64,000 nucleotides of DNA, from positions 1-64,000 of IMG/VR virus record IMGVR_UViG_3300023174_000036. One strand, given 5' to 3'. Positions within the stretch are counted from its first letter, which is position 1, and each line of letters begins with the position of its first letter. Shown here in pieces: positions 7,059-16,913 of the stretch. The notes under the pieces are model-generated. The model was given only the letters and a program-made list of their open reading frames with translations, did not search any database and was not told the DNA's origin. The position numbers and the translations under genes were made by a program.

Positions 7059-7316
7059 CTAACTCCAGTGCAACAAGAACAGGGTTTTGTTGCGTTCTCG
7101 GCGGAAAGCTATACAGGCCTGCCAGTAATCCACACTGGTGCCGTTGTGATAAGCCCATTCCGAATAGTGATGTCCTATGTATTGATTCAGCCATGCTTCC
7201 ATCTCATCCACTGCTGTGACCCAATCCCATTGATCATTCACAATTATGGTGGGCCATGTGGCATAGGCAATGTGCTCAAACGGATGCAGTTCCGGAAGAT
7301 AAAAGCTTCTTGGCAT
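7059..7316 (-). CDS. Hypothetical Trp-rich protein (MPRSFYLPE...)
   Basis: Start moved to ATG 7316, 5 nt after CTAAATA. Confidence 0.65.
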   Translation of the reverse strand: MPRSFYLPELHPFEHIAYATWPTIIVNDQWDWVTAVDEMEAWLNQYIGHHYSEWAYHNGTSVDYWQACIAFRRERNKTLFLLHWS

Positions 7317-7381
7317 AAAAATATTTAGCCCATACACTAAAAAGTTAAATATCATATACACCAACAAGGATCACGTGCCGT

Positions 7382-7921
7382 ATGACTTTAATAGAATTTC
7401 CGCTTGAAAAATTCATCAACGCTTACCAGTTCAACGGGTCAGAAACCAATGCTGAACTGATAAGATTAATACGCGAGGACGGCGGCAAATTAAGTCAGCA
7501 AACTGTGGTCAAAGCCTACATGACTGATTGGCGCTTGACCATGGATCATCAAAGTCCGTTACTGGATCCTTTCTTCAAGTTTCTCAATGAAGGGTTGTCC
7601 CACAGTATAGCCAGCCTTGCAGGTGTTACCAAAGATCCTTTCAAATATCGCATTGCCAACATTTGGGGAGCAATATACAGCAAGGATGACCACACTGAAG
7701 CACACAGTCACGCACCTTGTCAAATGAGTTTTGTGTACTATGTTCAAGCAGATGACTCAGTATCTGCTCCATTGATATTTCCTGAAATTGAACACACAGT
7801 GATACCCAGCACTGGCATGCTGGTCATATGCCCAGGTTGGCTTACCCATTATGTGCCCAAGTACAATCCAGTCACTGGGCAAGAACGCATAGTTATTGCA
7901 GGCAATATAGAACTACAATGA
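7382..7921 (+). CDS. Putative 2OG-Fe(II) oxygenase
   Basis: HSH...SFVYY...PGWLTHYV...RIVIAGN. Confidence 0.8.
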   Translation: MTLIEFPLEKFINAYQFNGSETNAELIRLIREDGGKLSQQTVVKAYMTDWRLTMDHQSPLLDPFFKFLNEGLSHSIASLAGVTKDPFKYRIANIWGAIYSKDDHTEAHSHAPCQMSFVYYVQADDSVSAPLIFPEIEHTVIPSTGMLVICPGWLTHYVPKYNPVTGQERIVIAGNIELQ

Positions 7922-8475
7922 TAGACAGCACAGCACCAATCAGTTTTAACCTTGGACGATTTGTAAACACATACCAGTTCAGTGATTCTGAAACAATTCA
8001 AGCACTGATAGACACAATTAGGGCAGAAGCTGTGCGTGGCCAAAGACCCAGTAATGTACAGGCTTTGGTCACATGGAATCTTTACAACATTGATCACAAT
8101 GCCCAACCACAGGATAGATTTTTTACTTTTTTAAAAACCAGCCTTGAACACAGTTGGTCCAACTTGCTGTGTGATAACAAGGGCAGTGAATCAGTCAACT
8201 TTCGTATCAGCAGTATGTGGGGAGCAATTTATCAGCCAGGCGATTGGGCAGATTATCACACACACGGGCCCAGCAGAACCAGTTGGGTATATTATTTGCA
8301 AGCTGATCCTACTCAGGGTGCTCCTTTGGTTTTTGATAATACTGGTTATGAAATAATGCCCACCACTGGACAATTGATCATGTTCCCCAGCTGGTTGGGG
8401 CACAGTGTTCCCAAATTTATGCCCAAAGATGCCAGTGAACGCATTGTGCTGGCTGGCAATGTGGAAATACAATGA
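7918..8475 (+). CDS. Putative 2OG-Fe(II) oxygenase, tandem paralogue
   Basis: HTH...SWVYY...FPSWLGHSV...RIVLAGN; ATGA overlap. Confidence 0.8.
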   Translation: MIDSTAPISFNLGRFVNTYQFSDSETIQALIDTIRAEAVRGQRPSNVQALVTWNLYNIDHNAQPQDRFFTFLKTSLEHSWSNLLCDNKGSESVNFRISSMWGAIYQPGDWADYHTHGPSRTSWVYYLQADPTQGAPLVFDNTGYEIMPTTGQLIMFPSWLGHSVPKFMPKDASERIVLAGNVEIQ

Positions 8476-8506
8476 ACATCACGTTGCCTTTGTCAAGACA
8501 GTACAA

Positions 8507-8950
8507 TTAGTCCTTGTGGTAGTAACGGTAGTTCACTGAGGTTTCGTTGGTCTGGTGCACGAGTGCGCCATTCTTGATATGAAAGCGTCGGGCCATTTCA
8601 GTTTGTGGACTCAGTGTAACAATGTCGTTGACTTCACTGTGTTCTTTCAAAATCCAATCAGCAGCCTTTTTGATTAAAGCCGCACCTGCGCCAGGACTGT
8701 AACTCCAAATGGTATAAAACACAGCTACATTTTTGCTCTTGCTGACTGATTTTAAATCTTCTTCGTTCTTGGGGATTTCTGTGAGCCATTGCAAACAAGT
8801 AGCCGCCAGGATCTCTTCCCCTGCTTTGAGTAACAAGATTTCAGCCGCATCGTTGATACGTTGCTCAAGAGGAATATGCGGACGAACTGGATCGTCTTTG
8901 ATTACTCGGGTCAAAGGGTCAGTGATGTCTCTAATGTGGTGCAATTCCAT
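8507..8950 (-). CDS. Hypothetical protein, possible GNAT-like fold
   Basis: FYTIWSY.PGAG..LI and A.RFH.KNGA motifs; ATAAATA 8981-8987. Confidence 0.55.
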   Translation of the reverse strand: MELHHIRDITDPLTRVIKDDPVRPHIPLEQRINDAAEILLLKAGEEILAATCLQWLTEIPKNEEDLKSVSKSKNVAVFYTIWSYSPGAGAALIKKAADWILKEHSEVNDIVTLSPQTEMARRFHIKNGALVHQTNETSVNYRYYHKD

Positions 8951-9019
8951 GATAAGTCCTAGTGTGTATCTTTATATGCGTATTTATTAACAAGTGTGTG
9001 AAATGTTGTTACAACTAGA

Positions 9020-10507
9020 TTACACCAGGTCATCACCCGGCAAACTGTTCAACAATTCACGCAATTTGGTACTGGCCACTTCAGCTTTGATTTTAGGTTT
9101 GGCCAAGTCAAATCCTTCCTTGGGACTTGCCCGCTCCCAAGCAGTTGTGCTGCCAGCTTCTTCGCCTTGTGCAGTTTGTCTTTGCTTGATGCTGTTGAGT
9201 AGCGTTGAACCTGCACTGGCTTGCCCTGAGCCATATGAATCTTCTTGTTCGCAGTCAGTGATACGCAAACTGTCAATGTTGAACTCCAAATCAATCTTTT
9301 GTCCAACACCACTGCTACTACGTGTTTTCATCAGTTGTATTTGATAACGTCCACGTTCACGCATGGCCCTGCTGGTAAAGATACCAAACACGTTATCAGC
9401 TGTCTGGATCTTACTTAATCCGCCTGAAATATGACTGTGGTCAAATTCAATTTCTTCCACAGCTCCACGATTCAACTGCGCCGCAGTGATAAACACACAG
9501 TTCTTTTCCACTGCCAAATTGCGCAGTTCTTCCGACACATACTTGTCTTTGACAAACAAGTTTTCAGCACTGATGCGCTTGCTCAAGGGCATTAACAAGT
9601 CCATGTAGTCTACCAACAGTACATCGACCTTACGGCCCATTTTGATTTCATACTCTTTCAAATAAGCACGAATGTCATTGGCAGTCTTGCCACTGGGCAT
9701 GTATTTGACTTGAAACTGTCCCGACTTCTTGCCAATCATTTTGACTTTCATTTCAACATCGTCAATGTTCTTGAAAATCTCTCTAGTGGCCATACCAGTT
9801 ACCATGGCATCCACACGCATACTCACAAGTTCTTCACTCAACTCAAGTGTTAAGTAAATTACATTATATCCAGCAAGAGCATAGTTGACACCAAGATTAG
9901 CCAGGAATAGGGATTTACCAGCACCGCTACCGCCCGCCCAAATGTTGAGTTCGCCACGATTAAAGCCCCCAAACAACTTGTCATCAACTGCTTTCCAACC
10001 TGTAGATATTTGTCCATTTTTATCCTTAATCCTCATTAGTCTAGCACGGGGATCTTCAAAGTAGTCAGTACCCATGTCTCGTTGCAGGCCAATTTGCACA
10101 GCCGCTTTGATCTTTTCTTCCACTGGTCCATACTCACCTTTTTCCAGCAAGTCGGCTGATTCTAAAATTGCACGTTCAAGACCTTTGTGGCGGGTAAATG
10201 TTTCAAAGTCATTCATCAACCATTCAAAATGTTCTTCCCGTAATTCAGTGGCGGCTTTTAAGTTTGAACCTGTGGCCGCATTTAAAATGTCAGGTGTGGG
10301 CAACACATTGTTCTCACTCACATATTTGGTTAAGAATTCTGCTGGCTCTTGTAGTCTACGGTCAAACAGTTTGCTGTCAAAAATGCTTTGGCAACGCACA
10401 AATGTACCAGCATCTGCCAACATCATTTCCAAATAGACTTTTTGGATTTCATATCCATAGTCTACATTTTGTCTTGCTTTATCTTTGTCTTTGTTGTATT
10501 CACTCAT
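9020..10507 (-). CDS. DnaB-like replicative helicase (T4 gp41-like)
   Basis: GGSGAGKS, LTLELSEE, LLVDYMD, TAAQLNR, MKTR. Confidence 0.95.
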   Translation of the reverse strand: MSEYNKDKDKARQNVDYGYEIQKVYLEMMLADAGTFVRCQSIFDSKLFDRRLQEPAEFLTKYVSENNVLPTPDILNAATGSNLKAATELREEHFEWLMNDFETFTRHKGLERAILESADLLEKGEYGPVEEKIKAAVQIGLQRDMGTDYFEDPRARLMRIKDKNGQISTGWKAVDDKLFGGFNRGELNIWAGGSGAGKSLFLANLGVNYALAGYNVIYLTLELSEELVSMRVDAMVTGMATREIFKNIDDVEMKVKMIGKKSGQFQVKYMPSGKTANDIRAYLKEYEIKMGRKVDVLLVDYMDLLMPLSKRISAENLFVKDKYVSEELRNLAVEKNCVFITAAQLNRGAVEEIEFDHSHISGGLSKIQTADNVFGIFTSRAMRERGRYQIQLMKTRSSSGVGQKIDLEFNIDSLRITDCEQEDSYGSGQASAGSTLLNSIKQRQTAQGEEAGSTTAWERASPKEGFDLAKPKIKAEVASTKLRELLNSLPGDDLV

Positions 10508-10524
10508 ACTTTATTATACGCTCT

Positions 10525-11472
10525 TTAAATTTTAATTGCAATGTGTTTGACAGGAGCCCATCGATATTTCCACTCTCTTTGCTTGGTATGATACAGCACT
10601 GAACCAATTGCACTACTAGGATCTCCGGGATTAGGTAGGCTCCAACAGTACTTAAATCTTGGCTCTACAAACTTTTTATTAGCTGTACTATTCATAGCAC
10701 ATCCGCCCATGTAAACTAAACTATCTGTATCAATTAGTTGTTTAGCTTTGAGCATAACAGCTGATACTTGATCTTCAAACACCTGTTGTACTGCGGCCGC
10801 AATGTCGCATTGATCTTGCAAATTATTAATAGGATAGGGCCAATCTAAAACACCTCTATGTAAGTTACGGGTTAAATTAACTGTGTAATCTATATAACTT
10901 TTAACCTCGGGCAAATATCTTTTGGGGTCACCTTGTTCTGACATTTGTTGTAGCAAATATTCTTGCTTGATTGGTTCTAATCCTATCAGTTGTGTAAACG
11001 CACTATAGAATAATCCTAGACTATGTGGATAACTTCTGCTCCACACTTTTTTTATTTCACCGTGTAGCCCTTCCCAGATAGTTGCACACTCAAACTCTCC
11101 TATTGCATCGAGGACGACAATAGCACAATGATTAAAAGGACTAGTATAGTAACCGGCGGCAGCATGACTTGCATGATGCGGCGTATAAGTGATTGGTGCA
11201 TAGTGTAACCTTATATTATTTAAATATCTTTTAGGTAATACTGACAAATCCATTGCTGTTTTATATTGACCAGCATACACTTGTCTAGCTTTCTTAACCC
11301 AAGGTCTTTCATACCAAAATAATCTATCCGGAGCTCCTTGGTGCAATGCTTCGGTTATTATAGATGTATCAAACTCATCGTCTTTACAAGTAGTCCACGA
11401 AATAAGTGCGCCGTCCTTAAATACGGCTAGACTTGACCCGTGATTAAGAGCGTTTATCCCCCACTGTATCAT
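10525..11472 (-). CDS. Carbamoyltransferase N-terminal (Kae1-like) domain only
   Basis: HHASHAA, DAIGE, SLGLFYS, GGCAMN, PGDPSSAIG; no C-terminal domain. Confidence 0.8.
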   Translation of the reverse strand: MIQWGINALNHGSSLAVFKDGALISWTTCKDDEFDTSIITEALHQGAPDRLFWYERPWVKKARQVYAGQYKTAMDLSVLPKRYLNNIRLHYAPITYTPHHASHAAAGYYTSPFNHCAIVVLDAIGEFECATIWEGLHGEIKKVWSRSYPHSLGLFYSAFTQLIGLEPIKQEYLLQQMSEQGDPKRYLPEVKSYIDYTVNLTRNLHRGVLDWPYPINNLQDQCDIAAAVQQVFEDQVSAVMLKAKQLIDTDSLVYMGGCAMNSTANKKFVEPRFKYCWSLPNPGDPSSAIGSVLYHTKQREWKYRWAPVKHIAIKI

Positions 11473-11582
11473 TTGTAGATAAATGGATCGCGTTTACGTA
11501 ATTCTTCAAGACGTTTTTTGAAACGCTTGCGTTCTTGGTATTTGTACCAAGGTGTAAGTAACCAATTAATTATTTTATTCAT
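11469..11582 (-). CDS. 37-aa basic peptide (MNKIINWLL...RKRDPFIYK), not in ORF track
   Basis: ATGA overlaps at both ends; AAGGAG RBS. Confidence 0.7.
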   Translation of the reverse strand: MNKIINWLLTPWYKYQERKRFKKRLEELRKRDPFIYK

Positions 11583-12547
11583 TCTATCTCCTTAAACCAT
11601 TTCTTTGCTCTCAATTGTATTTTGAGACTGTTTGATTCTTTTGCCGATACAATCAAGTATAATGTAGCCAATCTTCCTAATTTTATCACAGCATCATTTA
11701 CATCTTTAACGCCTTCGGGCCAATCAGGCATACTAACTGACCAGCCGTATTCTAATGCTTGCTCCACAGTCTTAGGACCTTCGTGATCTCTGTCTGGTAC
11801 TAGTATAATTTCCTTGCTTAGTTGTTTAAGCAACCAATTCTGACTGTCCTTTATTTCTGCTCCAAGTAAAGCACATCCATCAATACTTATCGCATCAAAC
11901 GGTCCTTCACAAACAATTACGAAGTTTCGATTGTTTATTTGTCTATCTAAATTAAACACATATCCCGGTTGTTGCTCGCTAATATACTTGGGTTTAACGT
12001 CGCCTATGGCCCGGGCAGTGTATCCTACAATGACATTGTCTTTGAGGAACGGTATAATCAACCGGTTGCTAAAACCTATCTTAGGAGTCCAATAGAAAGG
12101 ATAATCTTCGAGATATAAATTTCTATTTGAAAGATACTCGAGTACAGGAACTAACTTGTCCGGGATATGGTTTAAACTGGAAATGAGTTCACTATCAGGC
12201 GGTAATTCACGTGGTTCAAACTTAGGTATAACACTACGTATTACTGTATTTGTATTGTCATTTAATCTAAGAGCTTCTAGACGTAATTGATTTATAATGT
12301 CGTCACTCATGTTGAGTAATCGCATTAACTTATTCATCTTTTGACTAATTGCTCTGCCAGGTTGCCAACTGGCTTTGAACTGGCAATTAAAACAATGATA
12401 GCTGACAGCATCACCGGCATTGACGATAAAACCGCCACGTTGGCGTTTATCATCACAGCAAGGGGCATTAAAACTTATCCAACCGCTTGGAGTTTGTTTT
12501 CGCTTACCTGGTAAGTGTTGTAATAGTGTGTCGGCTATGAGGCTCAT
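11579..12547 (-). CDS. DNA primase (T4 gp61-like)
   Basis: Zn finger PCC...HCFNC; TOPRIM VCEGPFDA, PDRD, KDVND. Confidence 0.92.
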   Translation of the reverse strand: MSLIADTLLQHLPGKRKQTPSGWISFNAPCCDDKRQRGGFIVNAGDAVSYHCFNCQFKASWQPGRAISQKMNKLMRLLNMSDDIINQLRLEALRLNDNTNTVIRSVIPKFEPRELPPDSELISSLNHIPDKLVPVLEYLSNRNLYLEDYPFYWTPKIGFSNRLIIPFLKDNVIVGYTARAIGDVKPKYISEQQPGYVFNLDRQINNRNFVIVCEGPFDAISIDGCALLGAEIKDSQNWLLKQLSKEIILVPDRDHEGPKTVEQALEYGWSVSMPDWPEGVKDVNDAVIKLGRLATLYLIVSAKESNSLKIQLRAKKWFKEIE

Positions 12548-12559
12548 AGCACATTATAC

Positions 12560-13366
12560 TTAACTTACCACTACTTTGTCAACTGTTCCGAATGCCGAAT
12601 TATAGTTTCCGTTTTTCCAAGAAACTCTAAAATAATTGTAGTTACCAATCTCAACATCATTAAATGTGATAGTTGTAGTGGTTGCAACTGTGGTAGTTAT
12701 TGTTCGAATAGGCAATGCATTTAAATAAGAATTCACTGAAATAGTGCTGTTCTCCGTTCCTTCTAAATAAATGGTTCCTTTAAAGTTAGTAACTTCAATT
12801 TCAAAATCAAGAATCTTAACAGGCTCGGCTTCGTAAAATTTTGTGGCTATTGCAGGTGTGTGGTTTGTAACATTGCCATCGAGATCTATTTCCTGTGTAA
12901 AGTGTTCATATACCCTATCATCTCGAAAAGTTGGCATAGCATCGCCGACTACTTCTATAGTGCCCACGGCACCAAATCTTGTGTCAGCGTATAACAACAC
13001 ATCATCACCCATGGTATTCATGGCAGAAACACTGTATTTTAAATATTGACTGGTCAATTCATCTAAATCGTCTTGAGGTATAACAACTTTGGCAATGCCT
13101 TTCAATGCAGTTGGAGTAACAGTGTACGGGCTATTTCCCAAAGCATTACCCTGTGCATCCATGACATTAAGTTTGATAATTGGCAGTGTTGATAAATCAA
13201 TACGCTTTTGATCGGCATTCTTTATATCAAACTCAATGGTGTTATCAATGCCATTATAAATTTTTATTGTTCTCTGATACACGTTTGTATACTCCACAGT
13301 AAATCCTGCCAAATTGGCTAATAGTATGATCCTATTAGAATATAAATAACTTGAAATTTTTTGCAT
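12560..13366 (-). CDS. Hypothetical beta-rich protein, possibly virion
   Basis: 268-aa ORF; ATAAATA at 13387-13393; AAGG RBS. Confidence 0.7.
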   Translation of the reverse strand: MQKISSYLYSNRIILLANLAGFTVEYTNVYQRTIKIYNGIDNTIEFDIKNADQKRIDLSTLPIIKLNVMDAQGNALGNSPYTVTPTALKGIAKVVIPQDDLDELTSQYLKYSVSAMNTMGDDVLLYADTRFGAVGTIEVVGDAMPTFRDDRVYEHFTQEIDLDGNVTNHTPAIATKFYEAEPVKILDFEIEVTNFKGTIYLEGTENSTISVNSYLNALPIRTITTTVATTTTITFNDVEIGNYNYFRVSWKNGNYNSAFGTVDKVVVS

Positions 13367-13391
13367 TTGGACGGACCTTTATATACTATTT

Positions 13392-13766
13392 ATGGCAAAA
13401 CTACGAGACAATATAGAACAACAACTACCCTTTATCAGCGTGTTAAACTACGGTGAAAACGAATACGTGGGTATCATTATAAATCAAGATCAGTTTGTTA
13501 CTAGTTTCTATGATCTAAATGCTATTCGTACACCAGAAGAAAAATCTCAATTTTTAATTATTGGCGAAGCATGGTGGTGGGAATCAAATCGACAATTTCC
13601 AATTAATATATTCTGTAGAGAACAGATATATCCATTTCAGTATGCTATCAAGACTTTTAACAGCAAAGATACACGAATATTACTTGGTCCGTGTGTTAAT
13701 TTAATGAATTTAACTGTTAAACGTGTTAAACGTAAGAGTGTACAGTTAGTCCGTAAGGTTCGTTAA
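13392..13766 (+). CDS. Hypothetical protein
   Basis: 124-aa ORF filling divergent gap. Confidence 0.7.
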   Translation: MAKLRDNIEQQLPFISVLNYGENEYVGIIINQDQFVTSFYDLNAIRTPEEKSQFLIIGEAWWWESNRQFPINIFCREQIYPFQYAIKTFNSKDTRILLGPCVNLMNLTVKRVKRKSVQLVRKVR

Positions 13767-14324
13767 TTTTTCACAAATTAAATTCATCTGCACCACAACG
13801 GCCGCCGCATATGCCACCGCGTGGGCTTTCTTAAAATAATATTCATCTCCGACAGGCTTTACCCACACCTCGTCTAAAACTTTGTTCCAGTCTTGACCTA
13901 TCAAATAGCGTTTTGCAGGGCGAATCATTGCTAGTACAGCCGCAAGTTGCTCGATGGTCTTTGGTTGCATTTCTCGAAGTATTGATCCGTGTCCGTTCAC
14001 GTGAAACAGCAGATTTGAAAAGTCGTCCTGTTGCAATAAATCCCATAACGGTTCAGTCTCCAGTAATTTTTTTAAGTGCTCTTTATTTTTAACGCCTTCA
14101 TAGACGCCTACATTCAGGAAATCTATTTTAAAATATCCTCTGTCTTCTGCAGATTTATAATCAATGGTGCTTAGTCCAGTTAACGGGTTGTACGGAATAG
14201 ACGTACAATATATGCCAGTGTTATGCTTTTTAAAAATGCCATGGTCTTCTATAGCCGCAGTAACGTGTTTGAAATGTTCAAGGGCTCGTGTTCTATCTGC
14301 AAAGTCAATATCAATATCTGGCAT
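13746..14324 (-). CDS. Minimal DnaE (Pol III alpha)-like protein
   Basis: PDIDIDF, HNTGIY, GYFKIDFL, LAMIRP, FKKAHAVAY motifs. Confidence 0.85.
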   Translation of the reverse strand: MPDIDIDFADRTRALEHFKHVTAAIEDHGIFKKHNTGIYCTSIPYNPLTGLSTIDYKSAEDRGYFKIDFLNVGVYEGVKNKEHLKKLLETEPLWDLLQQDDFSNLLFHVNGHGSILREMQPKTIEQLAAVLAMIRPAKRYLIGQDWNKVLDEVWVKPVGDEYYFKKAHAVAYAAAVVVQMNLICEKLTNLTD

Positions 14325-15019
14325 TATATATTTGATTCCTTGGCTACTTGGCGAACTAATTCAGTATCTGCTGGCAGTTTTTTAAATCTGTTTAACCAAA
14401 AAGGTATATCCATAATTGCAGTGACGGCAGTCAACTGATCGTCTGTAAATTTCTTTATCATTGCTTTACCGCTTGAACTGTTTAATACCAACCACGGACT
14501 TACTTTGCCATCTTTAATATCATAAGTGGCACGACTAAGACTCACGTAATGAAAATAATGATTCCATTGACTATTGTTGTCATCAGCCCACGACATCATG
14601 TGATTGATAGTTCGCTGTAGAGCAGTTTCTACAGTTTCCGTCCGGACCAAATTGATAACATACTTGTCGTACAACTCATCCCTGCACCAATGGTCGAGTT
14701 TGACTCCGCTGGTAACAACGTAGTCAATAAATCGGTCCGGGTACAAAGGATTAACATTACTAACAAAGCTGCCAAACTTGACAAAAGCATTGTAATAAGG
14801 GCTCCTAGCAAAATCCTCATAAGTTTTATCTTGTTTACTATTTTGCGTTTTTCTGTAAAATCTGTTATAAGTGTCATATCCCAACATCACATGTTTTTCA
14901 GTCTTAGCAAGAGATCGTCTCTTTTGCTCGCACAAATGTACAGCCAATGTTTTTTCCTTTGTAAATCCTGATTTACAAAATTGGCAAGTGTACGTTTTGT
15001 TTTCGGAACTAATTATCAT
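14324..15019 (-). CDS. Hypothetical protein with N-terminal zinc finger
   Basis: YTCQFCKSGFTKEKTLAVHLC. Confidence 0.75.
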   Translation of the reverse strand: MIISSENKTYTCQFCKSGFTKEKTLAVHLCEQKRRSLAKTEKHVMLGYDTYNRFYRKTQNSKQDKTYEDFARSPYYNAFVKFGSFVSNVNPLYPDRFIDYVVTSGVKLDHWCRDELYDKYVINLVRTETVETALQRTINHMMSWADDNNSQWNHYFHYVSLSRATYDIKDGKVSPWLVLNSSSGKAMIKKFTDDQLTAVTAIMDIPFWLNRFKKLPADTELVRQVAKESNI

Positions 15020-15492
15020 TTAATCTTTTTGGCAATAGTTGCTTCGTCATACCCGTGTCGTCTTGCTAGATCTTTAAGCTCTTTGTCTGTAGACAGTTTT
15101 GCCATAATTTCAATTTCGTCTAGTTTTTTATTAGGGTATAGTTCTTCTAAAAATTTAGATTTCTTACTACTGCCTTCTTTCTTTTTATTTCCTAACCACT
15201 GGTGAAAGAACACAGTACTCTTGTCATAACTGCACATACACAGCAACAACCATAATAACTTAGGATGTTTTTGAAGCACATTCCAATTTTTATTAAAGTA
15301 CTCGTTAACAGTTAATACAAAATGTTCTTGTACGTCTCGTTTGGAACTTTGTACATTGCTGATATAACGATTGAGAATAAAATATTCGTTCTTAAGAGCT
15401 TTGCGTTGCTCTGCATCCATCTCGTCCCATAAGGTTCGAAAGTTCATATCTACAGCCGCAAGTTTTTCTTTAAGTTCAATTTTTTCACTCAT
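15016..15492 (-). CDS. Possible clamp-loader small subunit (gp62-like)
   Basis: FILNRYIS...NE...W..KKK...LEELYP pattern, size and replication-gene context. Confidence 0.45.
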   Translation of the reverse strand: MSEKIELKEKLAAVDMNFRTLWDEMDAEQRKALKNEYFILNRYISNVQSSKRDVQEHFVLTVNEYFNKNWNVLQKHPKLLWLLLCMCSYDKSTVFFHQWLGNKKKEGSSKKSKFLEELYPNKKLDEIEIMAKLSTDKELKDLARRHGYDEATIAKKIK

Positions 15493-15773
15493 AGCGGTTT
15501 ATCCTTACTAAGCCTATATATCATTATAGCACGGTCTAATGCTTTTTGTAAAGCGGGATTGGTCTTTGCTTCTCGCCGAATCTCTCCCCACAGCTTATCT
15601 TCCATTATATGTTCGCGCAATGGTCGACCATCATTTGTGCGAGGATCAGGTTTATCTTCCATTTCGTACTTATAACCAATTAGTTTGCGTTCCGTGGCAC
15701 CAAACTCTCGGGCATATACTTCATCACCGTTGCGTTCGTAAATGTAAGTAGCACCAGGTTTAAGACTGCCCAT
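15489..15773 (-). CDS. Hypothetical protein (MGSLKPGATYIYER...)
   Basis: Overlapping operon arrangement. Confidence 0.7.
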   Translation of the reverse strand: MGSLKPGATYIYERNGDEVYAREFGATERKLIGYKYEMEDKPDPRTNDGRPLREHIMEDKLWGEIRREAKTNPALQKALDRAIMIYRLSKDKPL

Positions 15774-16404
15774 CTTGCATATCCTCACGAGGCACTAATA
15801 TTGAATCAAATGCCATAACAGTTCTATGCCCATCACCTTTCCACGGATACACAGTATGCGGAAGATGACTTGGGAATAAGATAAAAGTTCCAGGCTCCGG
15901 CGTGTATTTCCAAGTATCGTTCATTATAAACTTGGTCAAATCTTTGTTTGTAGGCAACCTAAATAAAATTTGACCATCTGAGGGTAGTCTGGCTTCATCG
16001 TAATCCGGCGCACTGATATAAATGTTACCACTTAAATTGCCGGCAGGATGTGTGTGCATTTCTTGATAGTCGCCGGCAGTTTGCCTAATGGTCCAAATGC
16101 TGGTAACTTTGGGTTGACAATATTTTAAATCTTCTACGCCAGATTGTGTGGTAATTAAATCCATATAACCCTGGCATGCTTCTTCTAACCAAGATACAAG
16201 CCACTGTACATCTACATTCAAATTGTTGGGATAAACTTGTATTTGTTGTCCGCCTCGAATACTTAAACCTGCGTTATTTGCATCATTGAGTTCAGGATGC
16301 GAATGTAACATTTCAGAAAGATTAAATATTTTACTAAACTCAACGGGACTTACAGGGCCTGCTACCACAACCGTCGGCACAAAATAAGCTATTTTTAATG
16401 TCAT
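15760..16404 (-). CDS. Putative 2OG-Fe(II) oxygenase
   Basis: HTH..LSGNIY...FPSHLPHTVYP...RTVMAFD. Confidence 0.8.
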   Translation of the reverse strand: MTLKIAYFVPTVVVAGPVSPVEFSKIFNLSEMLHSHPELNDANNAGLSIRGGQQIQVYPNNLNVDVQWLVSWLEEACQGYMDLITTQSGVEDLKYCQPKVTSIWTIRQTAGDYQEMHTHPAGNLSGNIYISAPDYDEARLPSDGQILFRLPTNKDLTKFIMNDTWKYTPEPGTFILFPSHLPHTVYPWKGDGHRTVMAFDSILVPREDMQDGQS

Positions 16405-16907
16405 AATATTTTATCCAAGTGAATGATTTCGCTTTGTCTACTAATTTCTTTAACAAAGTATGCACAGTCTGGTTTGTCTCCAAACCTTGTGGGTGTTGCT
16501 AACAATTGCCCATTCTTCATTTTAGGAAAGTACCATTTAACATCGTTATAAAAATTTACAATTTCAATCTTCTTAAACTCAACTCTAAAGCTACTAAGTG
16601 GATTAAAAATTAGTGCTTCAAAACCTCTGTCATTTAAACTGGTTAACGGAAGAATTTCAATATCAGTTGCGGCACTGCTGTCACCTACTGCTATACTCCA
16701 ATCCAACGGCATTGCTATTTCATCTTCGCCTATTCGCAAAACCATTGCTGGAGCATTAAATGATTCTAAAAAGATTAACGGCATAAAGAAAAAATCTGGT
16801 TCTTTTGCGTCACTATTATCTAACACAGCGAATCTTGTGTTTTCATCCACTTCATCTGGTAAATTATTAAGTGAAAATGTTTTGTTATCAAGTGTTAATA
16901 TTTGCAT
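16401..16907 (-). CDS. Hypothetical protein, possible degenerate Hint fold
   Basis: 168 aa, AAGGA RBS; beta-strand pattern. Confidence 0.65.
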   Translation of the reverse strand: MQILTLDNKTFSLNNLPDEVDENTRFAVLDNSDAKEPDFFFMPLIFLESFNAPAMVLRIGEDEIAMPLDWSIAVGDSSAATDIEILPLTSLNDRGFEALIFNPLSSFRVEFKKIEIVNFYNDVKWYFPKMKNGQLLATPTRFGDKPDCAYFVKEISRQSEIIHLDKIL

Positions 16908-16913
16908 AATTCC

